DNA of 64,000 bases from an uncultured Acidobacteriota bacterium. GTDB lineage: Bacteria > Acidobacteriota > UBA6911. Every line of letters begins with the position of its first letter. The stretch's first letter is position 1. The notes under the pieces were generated by a model. That model saw only the letters and a list, made by a program, of their open reading frames with translations, was not told the DNA's origin and ran no database searches. Below are positions 18,023 through 24,835 of this stretch, in pieces. The stretch covers positions 909,691 to 973,690 of the forward strand of contig CAVRJA010000014.1 of NCBI GenBank assembly GCA_963721405.1, given 5' to 3'. The position numbers and the translations under genes are program-made.

Positions 18023-19399
18023 ATGCCTTCCCTGCCTGTGGAGCAACTGCGAACACGATTTAGAGGAGAACTCATCCAGCCTGGCGAAACTTCGTACGAC
18101 GATGCGCGCAAGGTGTACAACGCCATGATCAATAAGCGCCCGAGTCTGATCGCGCGCTGCGTGGATGTGGCCGACGTCATGGCGGCCGTGGACTTCGGCC
18201 GCGAGAATGGCCTGCTGACGGCGATACGCGGCGGCGGCCACAACGGCGGCGGGTTGGGAATCTGCGACGACGGCCTGGTGATCGACCTGTCGCGGATGAG
18301 AGGCGTCCGCGTCGATCCCGTGGCGCGCACCGTGCGGGTGGCGCCCGGATGCACCGGGGGCGACATGGATCACGCCACTCATGCCTTCGGGATGGCAACG
18401 CCCGGCGGAACGGTTTCCACCACGGGCGTAGCAGGGTTGACCCTGGGGGGCGGAATCGGCCACCTGACCCGGACTTACGGTCTGGCCATCGACAACCTTC
18501 TGGAAGTGGACATGGTGCTTGCGGACGGGAGCTTTGTGACTGCGAACGAGAAGCAGAATCCCGACCTCTACTGGGCAGTGCGCGGGGGCGGCGGCAATTT
18601 CGGCGTGGTCACTTCCTTCCAGTTCCGCCTCCACCCGGTGAAGATGGTGAACGCCGGGCCGACGTTCTGGCCCCTCGAGCAGACGCCGGAAGTCATGAGA
18701 GCTTACCGGGAGTTCATCCTCGAGGCGCCCGAAGACGTATCCGGGTTCATTGCGTTTTTGACCGTCCCTCCGGTACCGCTGTTTCCCGAAAACCTGCATG
18801 GTAAGAAGATGTGCGCCATCATCTGGTGCTCGACGGCGTCGCCTGAAAAGGTCGAAAAGGTCACCAGGCCGATGCGCTCGGTCGGCAAGCCCGCCCTGGA
18901 CCACGTAGGTCCCATGCCCTTCCCCGTGCTCCAGAGCCTGTTCGATCCGCTCATGCCGCCGGGGCTGCAGTGGTACTGGCGCGCCGACTTTGTCAAGGAG
19001 CTGAGCGACAAGGCCATCGCCGGGCATCTCGAGCACGCCTTGCGCCTGCCGACTGAGCTCTCCACCGCGCACATCTATCCCATCGACGGGGCCGCGCACC
19101 AGGTGGGAAAGAACGACACGGCGTTCAGTTACCGCGACGCCAACTGGGCGCTCGTGATCGTGGGCATCGACCCCGACCCGGCGAAAAAGGAACTGATCAC
19201 GAAGTGGTGCAAGGATTACTTTGACGCGCTGCATCCCTACTCGGCCGGGGGCGCATACGTGAACTTCATGATGGAGGAAGGGCAGGAACGGGTGAAGGCG
19301 GCATTCCGCGACAATTACGGCCGTCTGGCCGCAATCAAGAATAAGTACGATCCGGCCAACTTCTTCCGCGTCAACCAGAACATTCAGCCCGCGGGCTAG
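18023..19399 (+). CDS. FAD-linked oxidase, berberine-bridge-enzyme (BBE)-like
   Basis: FAD_binding_4 motifs (RGGGHNGGG, GGGIGHLTRTYGLAIDNLLEVDMVLADGS). C-terminal BBE-like end (KYDPANFFRVNQNIQPA). AAGGAGG RBS. Confidence 0.9.
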   Translation: MPSLPVEQLRTRFRGELIQPGETSYDDARKVYNAMINKRPSLIARCVDVADVMAAVDFGRENGLLTAIRGGGHNGGGLGICDDGLVIDLSRMRGVRVDPVARTVRVAPGCTGGDMDHATHAFGMATPGGTVSTTGVAGLTLGGGIGHLTRTYGLAIDNLLEVDMVLADGSFVTANEKQNPDLYWAVRGGGGNFGVVTSFQFRLHPVKMVNAGPTFWPLEQTPEVMRAYREFILEAPEDVSGFIAFLTVPPVPLFPENLHGKKMCAIIWCSTASPEKVEKVTRPMRSVGKPALDHVGPMPFPVLQSLFDPLMPPGLQWYWRADFVKELSDKAIAGHLEHALRLPTELSTAHIYPIDGAAHQVGKNDTAFSYRDANWALVIVGIDPDPAKKELITKWCKDYFDALHPYSAGGAYVNFMMEEGQERVKAAFRDNYGRLAAIKNKYDPANFFRVNQNIQPAG

Positions 19400-19413
19400 C
19401 ATCCGGACCCGGA

Positions 19414-19468
19414 GGAACCACGAAACACACGAAAATCACGAAGCCTGTTTCGTGTTTTTCGTGGTTCC
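19414..19468. terminator. bidirectional hairpin terminator between convergent genes
   Basis: GGAACCACGAAACACACGAAA-(loop)-TTTCGTGTTTTTCGTGGTTCC is a 21-bp near-perfect stem with a T-run. It lies between the BBE oxidase (+) stop and the Uma2 (-) stop. Confidence 0.6.
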
Positions 19469-19487
19469 CGGGATTTGGACGATTCCC

Positions 19488-20069
19488 TCAGGGGAGAAGG
19501 TCGGTGACGGCGATGGTGGTTTCGGGGGCGGCGAGCGGCGCCAGGTTTTGGCCCGGCCCATAGTGATCTGCCGTGCGGTAACTCCAACCGTAGAGCGCAT
19601 TGTCTGACGGGGCCGGGTCGCGGTTGACTTCGATGCGCCCGGCCGGCAGGTTCACGATCCAGTAATCCGCAATACCGGCGCGGGCGTACAGACTCCCTTT
19701 GCGGTCGCGGTCGTATTCGAGCGAGGTGTCGGCGACCTCGACTACAAGCACCGCCGAGGCAGGATGGGCTTCACGGTAGTCGCGCCATGATCCTTGAATA
19801 ACGGACAAGTCCGGCTCAGGTTCCGAGGCGGCATCCAGGGCAAGGGGGAGTTGGACCTGCACATCAAACCCTGTATGGAAAGCGGCTCTCAGGGCCTCTT
19901 CGACCGCCCGGATCGCCGCAGCGTGCTGTCGCTTCTGCGGAGTCATGCTGAAGATTTCCCCATCGATGAGCTCGGCGCGCCTGCCCGGGGAGAAGATGCC
20001 CGTCCCGATCATCTTTTCGAATTGTTCCCGCGACCAGCGCCCCATTTCGACTGCACCCACAGTTTTCAC
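19488..20069 (-). CDS. Uma2 family endonuclease (DUF820, restriction-endonuclease-like fold)
   Basis: 193 aa. EQFEKMIGTGIFSPGRRAELIDGEIFSMTPQ...VVEVADTSLEYDRDRKGSLYARAGIADYWIVNL matches the Uma2/PD-(D/E)xK-like family. Confidence 0.75.
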   Translation of the reverse strand: MKTVGAVEMGRWSREQFEKMIGTGIFSPGRRAELIDGEIFSMTPQKRQHAAAIRAVEEALRAAFHTGFDVQVQLPLALDAASEPEPDLSVIQGSWRDYREAHPASAVLVVEVADTSLEYDRDRKGSLYARAGIADYWIVNLPAGRIEVNRDPAPSDNALYGWSYRTADHYGPGQNLAPLAAPETTIAVTDLLP

Positions 20070-20422
20070 TCCGCTTTTCCTCCAAGTCTAAGGCAACTGC
20101 GGGTTGATGTAAATCCCATGCGCCAATATAGTTTCCGTAGAGCCCGATCCATTTCAGCGGATGAGCATTTCTGTCCGAGCCGCGACCGAGCTCCGCGTCC
20201 CATGTATTATTATCGGTGTGCGGCGTGAAGAACCGAAGAAGTGCGCCGTCGCTTCCTCGCTGGCCAGGCCGGCAATTTCGGGGACAGGCGGCTCAACACT
20301 CCCACCCTCCCAGCCGCTTCAATGTCCTTGCGGTCGCCGGATACGCGTGGTATCTAGTCTGGAATTGCAGTGCAATTTCGACAACGAAACAAATCCCCCC
20401 GGTAATCAGTGAGGACCGTAGG

Positions 20423-20746
20423 ATGAAGAGTATTGTTACGTTTTGCGCCGGGATTCTCATTTTTTCACAAGCACTTCTGCCGGGCGCCTGGGAATGCGAG
20501 TGCGGCAGATTCTTCGGAGGACTCAAAGCCTTCGACGACTACCTGGCTTCCGATGCCCCCCTCGAGTCAGAACCGGAACGGCTCTTTCAGGGACCGGTTG
20601 CCGACGCCCTGACCCACATCGGCCAGATCGCACTCCTGCGGCGCCTGGCCGAAACACCGATCCGCGGCGAAAACTACTACGCTGCCGGCATCGTGGCCGG
20701 CACAGTAGGCCCGGATCAGGCTGCCCCCCGGAAAGAGTTCGACTGA
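20423..20746 (+). CDS. hypothetical small secreted protein
   Basis: Internal start at the ATG at 20423 with a GAGGA RBS. Signal-peptide-like N-terminus MKSIVTFCAGILIFSQALLPGAWE. No family recognised. Confidence 0.4.
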   Translation: MKSIVTFCAGILIFSQALLPGAWECECGRFFGGLKAFDDYLASDAPLESEPERLFQGPVADALTHIGQIALLRRLAETPIRGENYYAAGIVAGTVGPDQAAPRKEFD

Positions 20747-20856
20747 CCCGGCCGCGGCCCGCTCCTCCGAAATCACCCGTAATGCAGCTTTCTTAGATGC
20801 CGGCAAAGCGATACCCTGAAAAGAGTCGCTTTGCATTCACTTACGGAGGAACGGGA

Positions 20857-21606
20857 ATGGCCACTACGGTAACTGAAATCGCAAAGAACGTGTATCGCGT
20901 TTCGACCTTCCTGCCTGAATTTGAAATCGCGGTAAACCAATTCCTGATCAACGACGACGAACCGTTCTTAATGCACACCGGCTTCAAGATGAATTTCACA
21001 TCGTCCCGGGACTCAATCGCCTCGGTGATGGACCCCGCTGCGCTGCGTTGGATCGGATTCAGCCACCTGGAATCCGACGAGTGCGGCGCCATGAACGACT
21101 GGCTTGAACTGGCTCCCTCGGCCCAGGCCATCTGCAGTTTTATCGGGGCCGTCGTTACGATTGGCGACTTCGTAATTCGGCCGGCGCGCCCGCTCAGCCA
21201 TGGAGAAATCGTGGAAACCGGCGAGCATCGGCTGCGGTTCCTGGCCACGCCTCACGTTCCCCACGGATGGGACGGAGGCCTGTTTTTTGAAGAGCGGGAG
21301 CAGATCCTGCTGTGTTCGGATCTCCTGTTCCACCCGGGCGATCCGGAACCGGTCACGAGCTCCGACATCGTTGGCCGCGCGCGAGCTTCGATTCTGGAAA
21401 ACCTCTCCGGGCCGCTTGCCAACGACTTACCTTACACGCCGCGCACGGACCAGACGATTCAGTCATTGGCTGATCTGAAACCGCGCATCCTTGCCCTGAT
21501 GCACGGCTCTGCCTTTTCCGGCGACGGCGAACGCACGCTGCACGACTACGCCGCCGTCCTGAAAGAGATCCACGGCTTTCAGAACCGCGAGATCCTCAAA
21601 GACTAA
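20857..21606 (+). CDS. MBL-fold metallo-hydrolase / ODP-like domain protein
   Basis: GGAGGAA RBS before the ATG at 20857. Metallo-beta-lactamase-fold pattern (FLMHTGF...HLESDECGAMNDW...ATPHVPHGWDGGLFFEE...ALMHGSAF). Confidence 0.65.
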   Translation: MATTVTEIAKNVYRVSTFLPEFEIAVNQFLINDDEPFLMHTGFKMNFTSSRDSIASVMDPAALRWIGFSHLESDECGAMNDWLELAPSAQAICSFIGAVVTIGDFVIRPARPLSHGEIVETGEHRLRFLATPHVPHGWDGGLFFEEREQILLCSDLLFHPGDPEPVTSSDIVGRARASILENLSGPLANDLPYTPRTDQTIQSLADLKPRILALMHGSAFSGDGERTLHDYAAVLKEIHGFQNREILKD

Positions 21607-21621
21607 AGATCATAAGTTCTT

Positions 21622-21810
21622 TTAGGCTCTGCTGGTTTCCGGCTCAGGATCACTCCCCGGGTCCAGCAGGCTCGGGCGCCAGAGGCCGTCCTTCGGCTGG
21701 ATGGCCACGATCATTTCCGCCATTTCCTTGCACAGTTTTTCATATCTCGGCCGGTCGGGGTATTTCGCGGGAATGAACTGCAGGAAACAACGATCACCAG
21801 AATCGAGCAT
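21622..21810 (-). CDS. hypothetical small ORF (low confidence)
   Basis: 62 codons (MLDSGDRCFLQFIPAKYPDRPRYEKLCKEMAEMIVAIQ...) downstream of the 30-bp inverted repeat. The longer ORF extension runs through the repeat. Confidence 0.2.
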   Translation of the reverse strand: MLDSGDRCFLQFIPAKYPDRPRYEKLCKEMAEMIVAIQPKDGLWRPSLLDPGSDPEPETSRA

Positions 21811-21863
21811 GCTCTTCTGAATCGCAGCATGTGGTGAGCCTTTCGAACAGATCACCGCAATGG

Positions 21864-21950
21864 GGCACGGATCTGCACGGATATGCACGGATCGGTCCAT
21901 GCGTGATGCCGGCATGACTGGATCCGTGCATATCCGTGCAGATCCGTGCC
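21864..21950. promoter_or_regulatory. perfect 30-bp inverted repeat built from three 10-bp direct repeats (TGCACGGATM), 27-nt spacer
   Basis: Arm 1 at 21864..21893 is GGCACGGATCTGCACGGATATGCACGGATC. Arm 2 at 21921..21950 is its exact reverse complement. There is no downstream U-tract, so this is a candidate operator or structured element rather than a simple terminator. Confidence 0.6.
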
Positions 21951-21970
21951 CTGCTACTCGTCCCACTCTC

Positions 21971-22681
21971 TCACGGAATCTGCACGCCGCAGTGCGCGCA
22001 GTGTCGGTGGCCGGTCCCGGCGGATCCCCCCCGCGGCCGTACAGCCGCGGTCTTGGGGCAGGTGACCTCGCTGCAGCTGTTGCAGATCTTGTACCGGCAG
22101 ATCGAACACACCGAGGAATTCAGCGGGATCTGGGTGTTGCAGTGCGCGCAGTGCCAATGGTCCACCCCGTCGCCCGCATCCTGCGGCCGATAGGCAGAGG
22201 ACCCGGAGATGCCCCTCAGAGGCGGTACCGGCAGAGAAAAATCCGCGTCCGGCTCCTCCATGGCGCGCACACCCTGCCGAGAGGCAGAAGGGCTGGAGAT
22301 GCCTTTCGGAGGCGGCAGCGGCAGAGAAAAATCCTCGTCCGGCTCCTCCATGGCGCGCACGCCCGCGGCCGTCATTTCCTGGCCGCCCCAGGAGTGGTCG
22401 TAGTCGCATACGTGCCGGCCGGTGTGCTTTATCCGGCGCCGGCACCTGGTGTCGCAGCGCGGGCAAGGGGTCAGGCACCAGTCGCTCCCGGGCTCGCCCG
22501 CCACACTGAACAATTCCTGGCAGCTTTCGCACGTGTGCCTGCCGCCGTGACCCTGGGCGGAATCACACACGCCCTGCACGCCGCCGGCGCACAGGTGTAT
22601 TGCCTCGCACTTCGGCACATTATTCGGTACGCTCTTTCCCCCGTAATGGGGCGCATCCCTTCCACTCTCGCCTACCGGCAT
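21971..22681 (-). CDS. Cys-rich multi-zinc-ribbon protein with internal 31-aa tandem repeat
   Basis: Many CxxC pairs (CESCQELF, CPRCDTRC, HCAHCNTQIP...CSICRYKICNSCSEVTCP, HCAHCGVQIP). Tandem repeat GVRAMEEPD(E/A)DFSLP(L/V)PP..GIS. Translationally overlapped with the upstream gene at 22672..22681. Confidence 0.6.
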   Translation of the reverse strand: MPVGESGRDAPHYGGKSVPNNVPKCEAIHLCAGGVQGVCDSAQGHGGRHTCESCQELFSVAGEPGSDWCLTPCPRCDTRCRRRIKHTGRHVCDYDHSWGGQEMTAAGVRAMEEPDEDFSLPLPPPKGISSPSASRQGVRAMEEPDADFSLPVPPLRGISGSSAYRPQDAGDGVDHWHCAHCNTQIPLNSSVCSICRYKICNSCSEVTCPKTAAVRPRGGSAGTGHRHCAHCGVQIP

Positions 22682-23121
22682 GGCACACCTCCTCTTTCAG
22701 ACGCCTCTCTGCAACTGGAACACAGCGGGCCTCCGCAAAACGCGCACACGTCGATACTCTCGTCAATTCTATTGTGACAACCTGGACACGTTTCAACGAT
22801 GTCGGGACAGTTTTCAGACGTGCACTCCGGACAGAGTTCGGCGGCGGAGTGCTCACAGCGCTTCGCCGCCGGTTCTACGACCTCGCCTGCGACATGTTGA
22901 TAACGGTGGCCCGTCTCCGGGTGGGATTCTTTCCGCCGGGCTCTCGCCGGTTCCGAAGCTGCAGATTCCTCCGGAGGTTTGGGACGGATGGCTTCACCGC
23001 TTGTGAATAAAGCGAGGCAACTGCTGCACAGGTGCCGGCCATAGTGACCATCAGGTTGAGTGCACTCGCCTTCACCGCCTTCCACGCATTTGTGTCTGCT
23101 CTTGCATCGGGGCAGGCTCAT
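22672..23121 (-). CDS. Cys-rich zinc-binding protein with N-terminal CxxxHxCxEGxEGEC...GHYGRHLCSSC motif
   Basis: 149 aa. The N-terminal motif is paralogous to the 45081..45719 product. Further CPEC/CPGC/CAFCGGPLCSSC pairs. Confidence 0.6.
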   Translation of the reverse strand: MSLPRCKSRHKCVEGGEGECTQPDGHYGRHLCSSCLALFTSGEAIRPKPPEESAASEPARARRKESHPETGHRYQHVAGEVVEPAAKRCEHSAAELCPECTSENCPDIVETCPGCHNRIDESIDVCAFCGGPLCSSCREASERGGVPCR

Positions 23122-23378
23122 ATTCCACTCCCCTTCCGTCGAATGACCTCCCTACGACACTCCGGCCTCAATCTGCACGAAGTGAAACCGTTCACGCGGC
23201 TGATCGATCATAACTTGGGCTTTCGGTGAATTATAGCCAACACCCTACCACTCCCGGCCCCGTCTATCAACATCGATCAAGCGCGATCACTGTGTCGTCC
23301 ATGACCTTCCCGTGCGGATAATCTTTAAATATCCAACATTGTATGAATTAAAATGGTCCCGAGGAAGGAGGTGCATCC

Positions 23379-23627
23379 GTGAGCGCCTTGGACGACGATC
23401 TGAAGAAGATGGGAAAGGAACTCGACGACCAGCTCTCCAAGCTGAATAATTCCCTTGCGGGCAATCTGCAGAAAACCATGGGCAGCAGCCAGGGGCGTAG
23501 GACCAAAGTTGCAGGGGAAGAGTCCTTCTGCAATGCTTCCTGTGAGTGCCTGTACACCTGCGACCGGTCGCCGGTGGGACACTTCGAGCCCCATCATTGC
23601 CCGCATTGCGGAAGGTCCTGGAACTGA
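23379..23627 (+). CDS. small coiled-coil plus Cys/His-rich zinc-binding protein
   Basis: 82 aa. GTG start with AAGGAGGTGCA RBS. C-terminus CNASCECLYTCDRSPVGHFEPHHCPHCG. Paralogous in sequence and RBS context to 46584..46829. Confidence 0.55.
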   Translation: MSALDDDLKKMGKELDDQLSKLNNSLAGNLQKTMGSSQGRRTKVAGEESFCNASCECLYTCDRSPVGHFEPHHCPHCGRSWN

Positions 23628-23702
23628 GCGCCGGGATCCCGGGATTTGGGGCTTGTCGGACCGGGGCCAACAGGTTGAGAATGGCCGGCGGAGGTCTTTC
23701 CC

Positions 23703-24707
23703 ATGACTATCTGCAAAAAGTGCAACGAAGAGGGAGGCGACGGCCTCTACTGCAATAGCTGCGGCGCTCGTTTTGACAAGGAACGGGCGTGCCCGAAATG
23801 CGGTGCGGCTTTGGGCGCCGCGGCCAGATACTGCCCTGCGTGCGGCTGTCCCCTGGACACGAAGGGGACAGCCGCTCCCCGGGAAACCGCCGGCGGTGGT
23901 TACCGCGGGGGCGACATCGGAATTCTCCGGGGAAACATAGACGGCTCTACTCACACCTCCAACGCGTCGTTTGGTGGGGCCAGCACCGGCAACATCATCA
24001 TCGGCATACCGCCGACTCAGCCTTCGGGCCCTCCGCAGACGATCTGTCCCGTTTGCGGCGAATATCCGGAATTGCGCGCCAGCTTCCGCTGCCTTCGCTG
24101 CAACCGGGATTACATATGCCTCCGCCACCGGGACACCGCGTCGAACTGGTGCCGGGATTGCGCCGCGCCGGAACGAAAGCGCCGTGAGACGGAGAGCAAG
24201 AGATCAGATGAGTCGAGCCGCAACGTGGAAGTGGAGCGGGGCGGCATGGGGGAGAACCTGGATAGGGTCGAGGCCGGGAGCGACAGAGGATCGAGAGAGG
24301 GAACAGGGCGTACGGCTGGACCGCAACAGCAGGACGCCTGGGCGCACGGACAGCAGGAACAGGCGCCCCCAATGCGCCCGGCGGCGCGGCTTCTCAGCGA
24401 GGGAGTGATCTGGACCAATGCGCAGGGGCCGGATTTGATGTCCGTCGTGTGCGAGGTCCTTCAGTCCTTCGGGGCAACGGACGTGAGGCCGGATCCTCAA
24501 TCGCAGACGGTCACCGGAAAAACCGGCCTCACCTGGAAAAGCATCGGGCAGATCATATCGGCCACGATTCGACCGCTTCCGGACGGATCGTCGGTCACCG
24601 TCGTCAGCAAGCCGAAGCCTCCACAACTGATGGATGGGGGAAGGGGCGCCAGTGATGCGCGCCAGATCGCCGGCATGCTTCTGCAGCGACTCGGCGCCGG
24701 ACGATAA
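23703..24707 (+). CDS. double-zinc-ribbon domain protein
   Basis: N-terminus MTICKKCNEEGGDGLYCNSCGARFDKERACPKCGAALGAAARYCPACGCPL (DZR-like). Second ribbon CPVCGEYPELRASFRCLRCNRDYICLRHRDTASNWCRDC. No homology recognised in the C-terminal region. Confidence 0.6.
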   Translation: MTICKKCNEEGGDGLYCNSCGARFDKERACPKCGAALGAAARYCPACGCPLDTKGTAAPRETAGGGYRGGDIGILRGNIDGSTHTSNASFGGASTGNIIIGIPPTQPSGPPQTICPVCGEYPELRASFRCLRCNRDYICLRHRDTASNWCRDCAAPERKRRETESKRSDESSRNVEVERGGMGENLDRVEAGSDRGSREGTGRTAGPQQQDAWAHGQQEQAPPMRPAARLLSEGVIWTNAQGPDLMSVVCEVLQSFGATDVRPDPQSQTVTGKTGLTWKSIGQIISATIRPLPDGSSVTVVSKPKPPQLMDGGRGASDARQIAGMLLQRLGAGR

Positions 24708-24835
24708 CGCCACCTTAAGGGCCAAAACTGGGCGAAACCGAGGACAAAACCGGACGCCCTATTTTGCGACCTGAATATGATCCTGCGGTCTATCGCTAAA
24801 TGCAAAACAGGAGCGTCCCCAGTCTTACGCCTGAC

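Noticed and set aside
21860-22777. 305-aa plus-strand ORF and several 150-240-aa ORFs over 21.9-22.8 kb
   Set aside because: Antisense or alternate frames of the minus-strand Cys-rich zinc-ribbon genes. Only the minus-strand frames give regular CxxC spacing and a coupled start/stop arrangement.
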